From a virus: a stretch of 64,000 nt of DNA. Shown here one piece after another: positions 33,933-45,800 of this stretch; the first letter of the stretch is position 1, and each line of letters begins with the position of its first letter. The notes below the pieces were generated by a model. The model saw only the letters and a program-made list of their open reading frames with translations, was not told the DNA's origin and made no database searches. The stretch spans positions 96,001-160,000 of the IMG/VR virus record IMGVR_UViG_3300049489_001303; one strand, given 5' to 3'. The translations under genes and the position numbers were made by a program.

Positions 33933-36900
33933 TTACCCATTATCTATCCAGATGTCGCCTGTTAAGACCCCTACTGTTGGAGCGGTACTCGCTATCGTTA
34001 GTTTATAAGTACTGATGCTAAGCTGTTCTACCTTGGTTTTGTCAGCTGCTGACATAAAACCAGCTACAGATATTGTAGCATCACTATGTGTATGATTTCC
34101 AGCAGCAAAATTAGTTGCACCAGTACCGGCAACCAGATTACCATCATGCCATATTTTTCGCCAAGAAGTCCATACAGCACCATTATCAGTTCTTACATAC
34201 CATTCATTCGTAGCCCAGTCACTCGCAATCTGCGTAGCGAAAGAGGCGTTATAGGCTAAGGTTAATAGCGTATGGGTTGTTCCAGGGGGCTTGTTCGTAC
34301 TTCCAGTATAGTATGCAGTGATTCCGGTAGCGGCTCCATCATTAGCATCGGCTAATAATGCCAAATAGGCATTGGATAAATAGGCATGGGTGTGGGAAGA
34401 TGCCGCTGCACCTACATCAGTATAGGTCAGTCCATGTGCTCCAAAAGCATATGTGGTGGCTCCGGTTGCTTTTAGAAAATGGCCAGTAGTTAATCCAGAA
34501 ACTGAGTGTCCTGTTGTGTCTATTAAAGCATGCGCTGAGGGGGTTCTTGCGTTGGATAGTCTGCTGTCATCTCCAACACATGCGGTAGTACTGCTGGTTC
34601 CATAAGCAACTGAAATAGTCTTGGCCGCTGAGCCATCGAAGGTAGTCCCTGAACTGACTGTGATCCCAGTACTGAAAGTGAGAGCGTTGGCTACTGAATT
34701 AGCAGCGCCTCCGGCTGATGAGGATCCTGCGTAATTATGGGTGTGAGTACTGATTGAATATGTATTCGTATCTAATGTGAAGGTGTCCGCACCTGTATAT
34801 TTAACAAAGGCAGCCGCGGTGTACGTCAATCCTGCGAGAGAGGTGAGCCCTGCGTCACTTGGCTGATAAGCGTGCGTGTGATCCCCATACGCTGCAGTTA
34901 CATGGCTGGTGCCGAAACCGGGGAATGAAACCAATCCGCCCGCAGTACTTCTTACCTCATTGATTGACCCGACTATCGTTTTGTTGGTCGTAGCGAGTGC
35001 AGTATTGCTACTATCGCTGAACTTTATGGCTGCAGATAAATTACCATCATTAAACAGCAACTCCCCAGCGTTTATTGTAGCTCTGGTATGATTGTCGTCA
35101 CTATTCGTTATCGCATCATCCCTTTCAACCCTGATGTATGCGCTACTAGGGGCATCAGTAAGATACAATTCTGAGTAGTTTACTGTTGTGCCTGTGGCGT
35201 AATAGGACTTAGCCCTTACTCCTGACTTTATAGCATAGTAATTATTTTCAAGCGAGAACTCCGCCGTATACTGGTACGACTTAATATTCAGTATGGTTTC
35301 AGAGTTGTGCGCCGTAGTTTTATATTCCAGTAACGCTATACCTGTCCCGTCTACTGGGTTATTTCCTACGTTTACCGCCACAGTATTGCTTATGCTGGTG
35401 TTTTCATTGGCGCTCGTAATAGTTGCGGTGCTTCCAGCCGTATACACATTCTGTAGCGTATGTGTGTGTGATGTAGTGGAATACGTGTTGGTATCCAACG
35501 CAAACTGGTTGGCCCCTGTCATCTTAACAAAAGAAGCTGAGGCGTAACTTAAAGAATTTAATCCACTAGCCCCTACTAGGTTTAATGCATTGGTCCATGT
35601 AGAACCAAAAGGAGTCGCATTGGTAACGAGCAACTGGTATTGTGCGCTACCTACTGGAACACCTCCGGAAGGAGTCTCCCATGTATACGTCCCTGCAACC
35701 GATCCGGCAGTTAAAACTTTACCCGTGTTGCCTGTACCGTTTACGGGGACATGAAGATTACCGTCACCAGTGGGGTGTACGTAGTTATTTGCATTTGTAG
35801 CAATGCCATCGAGCTTTGTGATTTGGGCAGCAGTAGCTAAACCAGGTTGTGATGCAGTAGCGCTCTGGATAGTATCTCCAGTTATATGGCTGGCAGCATG
35901 TGCTGTAGGAGTACGTGAATTAGATAATCTGGAATCATCCCCCGCACAGAAATTGGTAGACCCTGTGCCTGCAGTTAGATTTGTGCTGTGCCATAGCTTT
36001 GACCATGCAGTCCAGACTGTGTTGTTCTGCACACGGACGTACCACTCATTGGTTCTCCAGTCAGATGCCATTTGGCTAGACCATGCTGCACTATAATTCA
36101 AAGTCAGCAATGCGTGATCTGTACCAGGAGGCTTAGTCCCACTTGACGAACTGAGATAATAAGTGGTTATGCCTGCATTGTCTGCGTTATCCGCTTCTGC
36201 TAATGTCTGGCCTCCCAGGTAGGCATTCGACAAATAATTGTGAGTGTGGTTGCCTGCTGCATAGTTCGTAGCTCCAGTTCCAATGTTATTGTTATTGGTA
36301 CTGTAGACTCGATTGGCACCTTCGTATAAAGCTGTGCCAACCAAGTTGGCGGGGTACGTTACATTCTTATCTGAATCCCACGTAAAGATGTTTCGATTTC
36401 CTGCAGGGTATCCACCCCACATTTCCATGCTTAAGAACCCTATAGCGCCAGCACTTGCCCATGTTGGCGTAAATACAAATTCAATATCAGTAGAGTGACC
36501 AACATATGTCGGAACAGGAATAAGCCAGACAGCTGGGAACTGCACAAAGTAATGTCCAGGTGAAGCCATGTATGGTGCAGTATTGTCTGCCGTTACAGCA
36601 ACCCATGTCCCCACATTGTTCTTTCTGTTGACGTGAACTTTCATTTGGTGTCCACCGCCATCAACATAGAAATAAGCCATAGACACTGAGAAATAAGAAG
36701 AGGCCGCAATCCTGATTCTATAACTGATCGCTGCCGTAGGAATAATGCCAACATTGCTAGAGTTAAGGCCTGTTGTAAAGTTTTTAATTTTAGCAGTAGT
36801 GGGAACTGTGTCAGTAATCCAGTCCGTTCCATTCATTGTATATTCAAATGTAAACTTAGTCGGATCATAGAACCAGAGTTTATTACTAAACTCAGCTTGC

Positions 36901-39299
36901 AATAATGCAGCTTCAACTATTGAAGGATCTCCAAGATTAGATGTTGGTATACCGTTATTTCTTAAAATAAGTCTATGGGCAGATAGCGTTCTATCACTAT
37001 TTGACCCATTGGCCAGCACTGTATCCAACGTATTATTGGTATTCAGCAACGTCGAAAGACTCGTGAGTCCTGTTCCGCCATTTGCGACAGGCAATGTGCC
37101 AGTGACGCCTGGGGTTATGTTCGCAGTTCCATCAAAAGAGGCGGCGGAAGTAGAGGCTAGGTTAGTCTGTATAGTACGGGCGTTGGTAAGTTTTGTAGCG
37201 TTGGCTGCATTGCCCGAAGCGTTCACGGCAGTGCCAGCGTTGGTTGCGTAGGTGGCTGTAGTGTTGTCTACACAGACTGCTTCGTTCGTTATCCCGGTTT
37301 CACTTGTGATAAAAGAAAGAGTCCAGTCAGAGTCAGTTAATGTGGATGCTCCAAAATGTGAGTGCCTTACATTGTCTACAGTTATGAATGGATAGCTCCA
37401 TACGGTAGCCGTACTCCCAATAAGGGCGCAATTATTTGTTCCATCATGCGCTAAACGGACAGTAAGTTCTCTTTTGCCGCTACGCACAAAATAAAAATTG
37501 ACCCATCCAGGGGCTCCACTATAGTTGTAGCCTGTTATGGTGTATACAGTATTGCCATTAACTCCGTAGTCGTACAACGTAACATCGAACGTTATCATGG
37601 AACTGTTCCATGTTATGGGCATTACTATTTTTAACGTTCCAGTAACTGCTGGATTATTTTGACGAATAGCACCGACAACATCTCTGTATATAAAGGCGTT
37701 GGCACCTGGGAGATAGCTGTATTGCTTTTTAGCCGCACCTATTTCTGCTAGGGTGTAGGCTACATTGGCGCTACCATTGAAAGACTTTCCTGTGTCCCCG
37801 ATAGTGATCGTTCTGCCTGTAGCTAATACCGTGGCTGATCCAGCATTGCCTACTAAATTCGCTTCCCAAGTTAGCACCCCAGCAGAGGCCCCTGCTGTTA
37901 AGACTTTCCCTGAATTGGTTGTTCCGGTGGCAAGAACATGCAGGTTGCCATCGGTGGTTGGGTGCACGTAGTTGTTTGCGTTGGTGGCAATCCCATCTAA
38001 TTTCGTTATCTGAGTTGCAGTAGCTAATCCGCTTTGGGAAGCTGTCGCATCCCTGATAATGTCGCCGCCACCGGTAACGTGGCTTGAAGCATGCGCTGAG
38101 GGAGTTCTTGCATTTGATAGTCTGCTGTCATCTCCGACGCAAGCAGTAGACGAAGTGGCACCATATGCCACTGAAATAGTCTTGGCTGCTGAACCATCGA
38201 AAGTGGTTCCTGAACTGACTGTGATCCCAGTGCTGAAGGTAAGGGCATTAGCCACTGAGTTAGCCGCGCCTCCGGCTGATGAGGATCCTGCATAACTATG
38301 CGTATGGTTTCCTGCCGCAAAATCAGTAGCTCCAGTACCGAATGCTCCGACAGTTAAAACTCCAGATGTACCGGTCTTCACTGGGAGACCGGCCGTAGAA
38401 CCTATTGCCCCAGCATTGGATATATTTCCATGCGTATGGGATGTCGGTACTCTTGCATCAGACAATCTTACGTCGTTGCCTGCACACGCCGTACCTGCGG
38501 TGGTGCCCAAGTTATAAGACGGGGAATAATCGACTAGCCCAGTCACCCCTGTATAGGTTGCAGATGCTGCTGCGACCGTAACGTTAGCCGGATCTGTCAA
38601 TACGCTTATAGTTATTCTGGCAGTGCCTACTGTGGAGCCAAGCGTCCTTCTTATTCTGAATAAGGCTACGTTAGTTGTTACCTTCACATCCACTTCAAAG
38701 TCATTGGATGAATAAGCTCCAGTAGAATTTGAAGGTATCACTCTTTGCCAAACTCCGCTGGTCTTATCGTAATTTATGGGGCACGAATACTGCTTCACCG
38801 TGGCGAACGCCGTGTCATGAACTGCTACGCTGATATCTAGTCCAACAGATAAATTGGAGATAGTGACTGATGCAAAATCTATTGCGCTGTCTAATACCGT
38901 AGGTACTGCAACTGAATAACTGGTAGTTCCTACCGCTGTTCTTGCGTCAGACAATCTTGTGTCGTTACCCTGGCAGAATGTATTTACCGCTGTACCAAAA
39001 GACCCAGCCTGAACAATTCCACCTGTACCAGTTATCAATGGGAGATTCGCAGTTGTTCCTACAAGACCACCGTTGGTGATATTCCCATGAACGTGTGCCG
39101 TTGGGGTTCTCGGGTCCGACAACCGCGCATCATTGCCTACACACGCCGTTGATCCATCGGTTCCGAAGCCCGGAAAGCTCACACCCTTGTCTGTCCACTC
39201 AGTATCGAGATCCGCCGCCGTCTTCTTCGACAACACCTTTCCAGCGTCACCTCCAAGCGGAAGCCCGTTTATGCCCTCTGGAAATACTGTTTTACCCAT
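33933..39299 (-). CDS. Long mosaic tail fibre protein
   Basis: 1788 aa with repeated HTH metal-site motifs, GND.RLSDARTP repeats and two knob-like domains (LLTL.Y...Q.ASDW.TNEWYVR..N..VWT.W.K.WH). Confidence 0.85.
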   Translation of the reverse strand: MGKTVFPEGINGLPLGGDAGKVLSKKTAADLDTEWTDKGVSFPGFGTDGSTACVGNDARLSDPRTPTAHVHGNITNGGLVGTTANLPLITGTGGIVQAGSFGTAVNTFCQGNDTRLSDARTAVGTTSYSVAVPTVLDSAIDFASVTISNLSVGLDISVAVHDTAFATVKQYSCPINYDKTSGVWQRVIPSNSTGAYSSNDFEVDVKVTTNVALFRIRRTLGSTVGTARITISVLTDPANVTVAAASATYTGVTGLVDYSPSYNLGTTAGTACAGNDVRLSDARVPTSHTHGNISNAGAIGSTAGLPVKTGTSGVLTVGAFGTGATDFAAGNHTHSYAGSSSAGGAANSVANALTFSTGITVSSGTTFDGSAAKTISVAYGATSSTACVGDDSRLSNARTPSAHASSHVTGGGDIIRDATASQSGLATATQITKLDGIATNANNYVHPTTDGNLHVLATGTTNSGKVLTAGASAGVLTWEANLVGNAGSATVLATGRTITIGDTGKSFNGSANVAYTLAEIGAAKKQYSYLPGANAFIYRDVVGAIRQNNPAVTGTLKIVMPITWNSSMITFDVTLYDYGVNGNTVYTITGYNYSGAPGWVNFYFVRSGKRELTVRLAHDGTNNCALIGSTATVWSYPFITVDNVRHSHFGASTLTDSDWTLSFITSETGITNEAVCVDNTTATYATNAGTAVNASGNAANATKLTNARTIQTNLASTSAASFDGTANITPGVTGTLPVANGGTGLTSLSTLLNTNNTLDTVLANGSNSDRTLSAHRLILRNNGIPTSNLGDPSIVEAALLQAEFSNKLWFYDPTKFTFEYTMNGTDWITDTVPTTAKIKNFTTGLNSSNVGIIPTAAISYRIRIAASSYFSVSMAYFYVDGGGHQMKVHVNRKNNVGTWVAVTADNTAPYMASPGHYFVQFPAVWLIPVPTYVGHSTDIEFVFTPTWASAGAIGFLSMEMWGGYPAGNRNIFTWDSDKNVTYPANLVGTALYEGANRVYSTNNNNIGTGATNYAAGNHTHNYLSNAYLGGQTLAEADNADNAGITTYYLSSSSGTKPPGTDHALLTLNYSAAWSSQMASDWRTNEWYVRVQNNTVWTAWSKLWHSTNLTAGTGSTNFCAGDDSRLSNSRTPTAHAASHITGDTIQSATASQPGLATAAQITKLDGIATNANNYVHPTGDGNLHVPVNGTGNTGKVLTAGSVAGTYTWETPSGGVPVGSAQYQLLVTNATPFGSTWTNALNLVGASGLNSLSYASASFVKMTGANQFALDTNTYSTTSHTHTLQNVYTAGSTATITSANENTSISNTVAVNVGNNPVDGTGIALLEYKTTAHNSETILNIKSYQYTAEFSLENNYYAIKSGVRAKSYYATGTTVNYSELYLTDAPSSAYIRVERDDAITNSDDNHTRATINAGELLFNDGNLSAAIKFSDSSNTALATTNKTIVGSINEVRSTAGGLVSFPGFGTSHVTAAYGDHTHAYQPSDAGLTSLAGLTYTAAAFVKYTGADTFTLDTNTYSISTHTHNYAGSSSAGGAANSVANALTFSTGITVSSGTTFDGSAAKTISVAYGTSSTTACVGDDSRLSNARTPSAHALIDTTGHSVSGLTTGHFLKATGATTYAFGAHGLTYTDVGAAASSHTHAYLSNAYLALLADANDGAATGITAYYTGSTNKPPGTTHTLLTLAYNASFATQIASDWATNEWYVRTDNGAVWTSWRKIWHDGNLVAGTGATNFAAGNHTHSDATISVAGFMSAADKTKVEQLSISTYKLTIASTAPTVGVLTGDIWIDNG

Positions 39300-39306
39300 T
39301 TAGCAC

Positions 39307-40920
39307 CTACACCACGAAACTTATTCTGGTTGCATGTATTCTAAAATCAGCCAAGCCAATGTAGCCACCACCCTGATACGTATTGACCTTGAACCTGTAA
39401 TATCTGTAGTTGGCTTCTGAATCTAAATTAAAACAAACTTGCGCCCATATTCCCCTGTATACTTGGTAGTAATTACCAACTGTCCCTCGTGTTACACCGG
39501 ACATGTCAGTTACCGTATCTAAAGCAGTCCAATTTGTACCATCATTCGAACCGTCAAACGTCCACCCTGTAGGGGATCTTAGACCGTAATTATCAATAGA
39601 CCAAGGAGCAAAGCTGTAAGAGTTTACTACTGTTGCTGCTCCGAAATCGTACTTTATCCAAGCATCAGTAGGATTACTGTTGGCCGTCAACCATCCGGCT
39701 GATGTTTGATTCATGGCAGCCCAAGCCATAGTACCTGCATTATATGCTGAACCCTCGCTGGCAACACCTGAAGGATCTGTATTGCTTGTCATTTGGGGGA
39801 TCAAGTTGGTAGGAAGATCCACTCCAGATCCACCACTCTGATCCACCCACTCAGTATCGAGATCTGCGGCCGTTTTCTTTGCCAGAACCTGACCTGCGTC
39901 CCCGCCCAGCGGAATGCCACCGACACCCCCACCACTACCATCAACACCTGTTGCGTACCGTATGCCGCTCGCCGTCCAGCCGCTCGTCGCCGCTGTTGCG
40001 AGCAATTGAACATTCCCGAGCGCGGCGGTCATCGTCACCGAGAACACAATATCTGCTGTCGGATCTCCGAGATCTACGCTTTTCTCAGAGCGGAAGCTCA
40101 CTGTCCCAGCGCTGTCGTCCCACGCGGCGTTCACCGTGTACTCCGTCAGCGCGTTGCTCTTCATCAGAAAGAGGTGCCATACAGCTTTCCCATCCCCGTT
40201 GGGATTGAAAAAGTCTACGATAGTTGTGGGGGAATTCACCGTAACATCTGAAATCTCGGTCCACATGCTATCCCCGGTGGCTCCGGTTGCGCCTGTGGGA
40301 CCCGTAGCTCCGGTGGCACCATCGGCGCCATCAACGCCGGTGGCTCCGGTGGGGCCTGTTGCTCCGGTGGCTCCAGTGGGGCCTGTAGCTCCGGTTGGTC
40401 CGTCAGCGCCATCAGCGCCGGTGGCTCCTGTGGGGCCTGTAGCACCTGGGAGACCCGGCGTTCCAGGGTCACCCGTGGGGCCTGTTGCTCCGGTTGCTCC
40501 TGTAGGTCCGTCAGCGCCATCAACTCCGGTGGGTCCCGTCGCTCCTGTTGCGCCATCAACTCCTGTGGCTCCGGTGGCTCCTGTGGGTCCGTCAGCGCCG
40601 GTGGGTCCGGTGGGACCTGCAGGCCCAGTGGGACCCGTGGGACCTGTAACACCTTCACCTCCGCCACCATACTGCCAGCCATCTGCCGTTGTCACGCGGA
40701 TGGGGCGCCAGTAGCAGCCGTAAGCGGGGTGGACTTTCCAGCCGGCGGTGTCCAAGTCTGCTTTGTCTGTAGCTGAGACGTGGTGGTACGCCACCTCTGG
40801 CACCATCACGCCGTTGGGGCATGTAGCGAGGGGGCGGCTGGCGTGGAAATCCGAGTCTGTGGAATTGGCATATCCCTTCAGAATATCCAGGCCGGCAATG
40901 ACATCAGTGAGGATGCTCAT
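39307..40920 (-). CDS. Collagen-like protein with a C-terminal discoidin (F5/8 type C)-like domain
   Basis: GPT/GAT/GAD run; [39 protein letters not shown]. Confidence 0.85.
   Translation of the reverse strand: MSILTDVIAGLDILKGYANSTDSDFHASRPLATCPNGVMVPEVAYHHVSATDKADLDTAGWKVHPAYGCYWRPIRVTTADGWQYGGGGEGVTGPTGPTGPAGPTGPTGADGPTGATGATGVDGATGATGPTGVDGADGPTGATGATGPTGDPGTPGLPGATGPTGATGADGADGPTGATGPTGATGATGPTGATGVDGADGATGATGPTGATGATGDSMWTEISDVTVNSPTTIVDFFNPNGDGKAVWHLFLMKSNALTEYTVNAAWDDSAGTVSFRSEKSVDLGDPTADIVFSVTMTAALGNVQLLATAATSGWTASGIRYATGVDGSGGGVGGIPLGGDAGQVLAKKTAADLDTEWVDQSGGSGVDLPTNLIPQMTSNTDPSGVASEGSAYNAGTMAWAAMNQTSAGWLTANSNPTDAWIKYDFGAATVVNSYSFAPWSIDNYGLRSPTGWTFDGSNDGTNWTALDTVTDMSGVTRGTVGNYYQVYRGIWAQVCFNLDSEANYRYYRFKVNTYQGGGYIGLADFRIHATRISFVV
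40270..40650 (-). repeat. Coding collagen-like (Gly-X-Thr/Asp)n repeat
   Basis: About 40 Gly-X-Y triplets; boundaries approximate. Confidence 0.9.
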
Positions 40921-40923
40921 AGT

Positions 40924-41139
40924 TTATCCCACCGTAGAGAAAATCAGGCCATAGAGCTTATCGAACTTCCAACCAGCGTCCTGCAGGGATAACTGTTCTG
41001 CTTTACTGAATTCTGACTTCTTCTTCGCAACATAGATGAGATAGCCCTGCACATTGAGTGTGGTGTTCGGGAACTTAACATTGATGATGTTAAGTCCTAC
41101 AAGGCAATTCTCGATCATGTTTGCGTGGGAGATGGTCAT
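40924..41139 (-). CDS. Small protein resembling the N-terminal domain of 39307-40920
   Basis: GLNII...LQDAGWKFDKLYG vs GLDIL...[13 protein letters not shown]. Confidence 0.65.
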   Translation of the reverse strand: MTISHANMIENCLVGLNIINVKFPNTTLNVQGYLIYVAKKKSEFSKAEQLSLQDAGWKFDKLYGLIFSTVG

Positions 41140-41174
41140 TACTCAAACCAAAATCCTTTTATCGCCATCAGGCG

Positions 41175-42086
41175 TTACGGTAAATCTATGTAATCCACGC
41201 GGCCCAATAGTCCCGTGATCTGTGCACATCCTGCAAGCGCGATTTTGAGCCCTTTGTCTGCGACGATAGTCAACAGATCCATGACCGAAAAATAACTACC
41301 AGCACCACTGGCTCTGTAATATCCGCCGCCGGTCGTGAGTACATTCCCGCCGACAACAAGCGCATTTGTTTTCACAATTTCAGGCGTGCCGCTGTTGTTC
41401 GGATAGTTCAGAATGTGCAGAGTTTTTACCGCGCCGAGCAATCCGCCTTGCTGATCTTGAGCGTTGTACAGATTGAGGTCGCACTGATAATATCCCGACG
41501 CCGTTGCACTCCACGAAAGAGACTCCACTGTAAAACCGGTATCGTCCGCCGCAGATACGGCCATATCGACACCGGCATACGCGCCTCCGACGATGGTTAT
41601 CAAATCCCCATTAGCCAGCTTGCATCCTGGTACCGCAAATCGCGGCTTACCGCCCGAGTCAGACACTGACTCAAAACGCCCTCTAAATTCTCGCGGTGAT
41701 TCCCATGCGCTGCGAGCGATGTTGTAAAGCTTCGTTCCACCTTCGCTCGGGTCGGACGATGACGACGCGGCGGCAATGACCGCCCACGTTCCGTCTACAG
41801 AACCTCCCGCAGCAATAATGTACTGGGCCGTCTCATCTGCCGCTACCGTCCCCAGCGTCGTGGGGGTTACCGTTGTAACAGTCACCGACTTGGTACTTGC
41901 GTTCACAAACTGATAACCAGCCTCTCCAACCGATAACTTAGTAGCGTCCGGCAGCACAAAAGAGTCTCCCTCCGCGGTTCCCGTTATTACAATGGTTCCA
42001 GCATCATTGACTGTAAGCGTATGGGTTGTGCTTCCAACAGTGGCTATGGTGCTCACTCTGTTCGCATAGTTCTTAACAACAGTCAT
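41175..42086 (-). CDS. Virion-region beta-rich protein
   Basis: 303 aa; TLTVNDAGTIVI..FVLPDATKL..YQFVN is a pattern common in fibre tip modules. Confidence 0.65.
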   Translation of the reverse strand: MTVVKNYANRVSTIATVGSTTHTLTVNDAGTIVITGTAEGDSFVLPDATKLSVGEAGYQFVNASTKSVTVTTVTPTTLGTVAADETAQYIIAAGGSVDGTWAVIAAASSSSDPSEGGTKLYNIARSAWESPREFRGRFESVSDSGGKPRFAVPGCKLANGDLITIVGGAYAGVDMAVSAADDTGFTVESLSWSATASGYYQCDLNLYNAQDQQGGLLGAVKTLHILNYPNNSGTPEIVKTNALVVGGNVLTTGGGYYRASGAGSYFSVMDLLTIVADKGLKIALAGCAQITGLLGRVDYIDLP

Positions 42087-42087
42087 A

Positions 42088-42822
42088 TCAGTTCATCCTT
42101 CTCCACGGCTTGGTGCCGTCTTCAGTCATTGTGGATTTCTCGCCTATCAAAGCGATCTTAACGATAGCGTGCTCCACCACGTAAGCATAGCCCTTCGCGA
42201 TCCCGGGCACAAGCGTGCCGAAGTCCTGCTTGTAGTCCTTAAAGCACACCGACCACCACTGCACGTCGCAGGGGTAGTACATTGGGAACTGAGCCTTCAG
42301 GGCTTTGCGGGCGCCTTCGAGGGTGATCACGTAGCCGTAGTTGCCACCGCCGTAGGTCAGGTGGCCCTGGCTATCCGTAGACATGTTGGGATAGGCGGCG
42401 TCCCGCCCCTGGAGAAACAGCACATCGGCGTCTGCGGGGAAGCCGCCCTGCAGCCCCACGGACTCCTCGAAGGTGTTGTGAAAGTGCTCTGTAAGATCGA
42501 TGTCATCCTCGAGCACCACAGTGCAAGGGATCTCATTGTCAACGATGTGCTGCCATGCAGCGCGGTGGCCGAGAGCACAGCCAATCTCTGTGGGGATGAG
42601 GGGGAACCAGTGAACGTCACCCATGACGCCAGAGTCTTTGAGCGCTTCCATATCTGCAAAGTTCCAGAGGGGCCGGCCAGTGGCGTCTTCGCCCGGAGCC
42701 TGCCAGGGACGACCGTCCACGCCTTCGATGCGCGTAAAGGTGGGGAGCATAGCAACCATGTGCTCAAGACGCTCAGGAGAACGCTCAAGGTTGATCACCA
42801 GTATGGGCCAGTCAGACATCAT
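42088..42822 (-). CDS. Glycosyltransferase family 25
   Basis: VINLERSPERL, RIEGVDG, EIGCALGHRAAWQHIV, VVLEDD, GYVITLEGARK and PCD motifs. Confidence 0.9.
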   Translation of the reverse strand: MMSDWPILVINLERSPERLEHMVAMLPTFTRIEGVDGRPWQAPGEDATGRPLWNFADMEALKDSGVMGDVHWFPLIPTEIGCALGHRAAWQHIVDNEIPCTVVLEDDIDLTEHFHNTFEESVGLQGGFPADADVLFLQGRDAAYPNMSTDSQGHLTYGGGNYGYVITLEGARKALKAQFPMYYPCDVQWWSVCFKDYKQDFGTLVPGIAKGYAYVVEHAIVKIALIGEKSTMTEDGTKPWRRMN

Positions 42823-45800
42823 GTCGGGGCAACCTCATGGCCGTTAGATGTGATCTCAGGACCGTAGGTGTAGCACTGCCACGTGACGATCTCAGCAGAG
42901 CTGCCTGTTGCAGTGATTCGGAATAGGGAACCTACCATAGACACTACAATATCCCAATCAGCCTCTGTGCCGCTTGACGTGGAATCCAGAATCTCATATT
43001 TCGGGGTTCCCACAATGGCGCCGTTCGTGACCGTAGTTGTAACCTCCCAGGACTTGGCCCGAGCGCCGTCGGGGTTGGTTGCGATCACCAGTGTGCGAAG
43101 TACATACGCATGATACGTCTGCAGCGTTAACTCAATAGAGTTGTCCGCACCGTCCATATACAGGATCTTCTGATAGGACGCCGTGGTGGGCGTGGCTCCT
43201 GAGTGTGGGATCATACCCAGATTCTGACCACCGCCAGAATATAGCCAGGCATCCGACCCGACCATAGCGGCGCTGGCGCGGGTGGGGTGTCCGCCCGAAT
43301 TGATGTGCATATATCCTCGGCCCTTGGCATAGCCCAACACACCGGTCATAAAGATGCCCTTGGTACCGGAGGTGATCAAATTTTTGCTGCCCAGGATGGT
43401 GCTACCTGCTGTGGCGTTGGCGGTGTTGTAACGCCCCGCTATGAACGTGTCGCTGCTGGCGAGCAGCATCTGATTCGTGAAGCCGAAAGCTGTGCAGTAT
43501 GTGGAGTTTCCTGTAGAACTGTTGGAGGCACCGCGGAGGGTGTTATAGGCATTAAGCCCTGCCACACCTACACCCGTGTGAGTGACAACATTGCCGTCCC
43601 CCAACACCACATGCCAGTTACCTGACGTAACGTTGTTGTCGCCCACGATCAGAGACTTCGTGGTGGCGTACGTAGCCGCGGTGTTGGTGTTTGTGGAGCC
43701 GAGGATGACGTTGTAAGTAGCTCCGGAGGCCAGGGTATTAGACTTTCCGCCTATCAAACAGTATGAATTGCCTTGTGGCAGGGTGTTAGACTCCCCAAAA
43801 ACCAACGTGTAGTCAGATTGCCCCGTAGTGAACGTGTGCGACTTTCCAAACACCGTGATATAGCTGTGAGGGTGCGACCCCAGGAGCTGGTGGTCGGAGC
43901 CACTGACCAAGCAATACTGCGACTGAAAGCCTATTGTATGCCTAGCGCCCAATAACACGTTATGTGAAGAACCACCGGCATTAACTGTAAAGGTGTGGGT
44001 CTGCCCCTGTAGAAGGGTATAGGTAATACTGGCGTTGAGGCTAAGGGCGTACCCCAGCAACACATTGTAGCTGCTACCGCCCCCTACGATGCTATTATCA
44101 CGCCCACTGATCAGGTTGTATACCGCCGTACCAGATAGTGCACAGTTCCGCCCTAACAGGCTGTTGTGGGTGCACCCACCCGCCGAGATTGTGTGACCTT
44201 CCCCCGTTAGAAAGCTATATGCAGCACCTCCAGCGGTAATTGAATGGCTCTTCCCGGCCAGCAGGTTATGTGTGAAGCTATCTGATGCGCCTGTGACACT
44301 GTGGGCCTCACCTATTACGCCATTGTGGGTTACCCCTCCCACGTTAAAAACATGCGACGCACCGGACACCAGGTTGTGTGTCATACCTCCAGAAACGCTT
44401 GCCCCGGTGTGTTGGTGCCCCACTATGAGATTGTTAAGGCTTTGCTGCGCCGAAAAATCGTGGGAACTACCAAATAGTGCATTGTACGGGCTGTTAGGCC
44501 CCAGCTTATGCTCTTGACCGCCTAGCACATTAAAGCTGCACGAGACGCCGAGTGTGTGTACAACACCTGAGATGCTGGAGAAATTGCAACCAGCACCTAT
44601 CACATGACTAAGCCCGGTAATCGAAGCGTACGAGATGCCCGAGGCCGCGGTATGTCCTTGCCCTGCAATAAAGTTACCGACGGAGGGACCTCCTGAAGCG
44701 ACAACGGTATGACTGTACCCCGCGATCAAGTTACCTGTACCCCATCCAGCAGCATTTGACTGTCCCAGAATAGCGTTGTAATTGCTATACGCCGCCAGCG
44801 TATTTCCAGACCCAGCCACAAGGTTAGCACGACAGTCGTCCCCCACTTCATGGCTACTGCCCATCAATACAGTGTGGTTACAGCGTCCCGCAGACGTTCC
44901 CATGGCATTATCACTGCCCAACACCACAGAAAACTCACTACCCTTGACAGTGTTGGATTGCCCCCCGATCACACTGAATAAAGTCCCCGCACCTATGGTA
45001 TTCCCCTGACCAGAAATCAAGTTGTGTGTGGTAATTGCCTCTACCGTGTGCCCCTCACCCGCAACCAGGGTAAAGGATGCCCCTGTGCCCAGCGTCGTGT
45101 TATATCCAAACACCGCCGTGTGATCTACTGCCCCGATAACGTTCTTACCGCCAGCCACAATGGTGTTGTTGCTGTAGTAATCAAGGCTGTTGTAGTAGAA
45201 TGGGTGTGTGCTGATGCTGACCAGGTTGCTCAGGTTGTTGCCGTAAGTTCTGAGGCCGACGGCGGGAACCCATTCAACAGCGTCAATAGTCAGCGGATTT
45301 ACCGTGCTAGTGCGCCAGAAAGTACCACCATATACATTCCCGTTCATCACATACGTGGTAGCTCCCAGCTGCGCTCCCGCCAGCACGAGCACCCTGTTCA
45401 AAACGAAAGGTGTCGTGGCTGAACCCAAGTCACCTATCTGCCAGATGCCCGCGTGATCCCCGCTGGCCCCTATAATCAGAATATTCTGATCCTCCACAAG
45501 ATCTGTTATCCCGTCGAGGGCTTCGTCATTCAAGCTTCCGTCAGCTGTGGCCGTAAACACGTCACCCACCAATGTGCCCGCTGGAATACTTGTCCAGTCA
45601 TCAACAGCTATGCGGCACGTAAAATCGTACACGCCCAGAAGACGCGCAGGCCAGGTGTCTACCCACCGCAACATAGCATCTACTTTGTACCAATAGCCCG
45701 GGTCCTGTCCCGGCTCTGAGTTGTCAAAGTAGGTCTCATTGAACGCCGGGATGCTGAGATTACTGTTGGCCAGGGGGATACCCAGGTAGAGGACCTGGAT

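Noticed and set aside
34530-38310. Duplicated ~210-bp fibre segments as a DGR template/variable repeat pair for the RT
   Set aside because: Both copies are in frame inside one gene and differ mostly at synonymous positions of all base types, not specifically at adenines. The RT has QGSPLS rather than the DGR-type SQ motif, and no Avd-like gene is visible.
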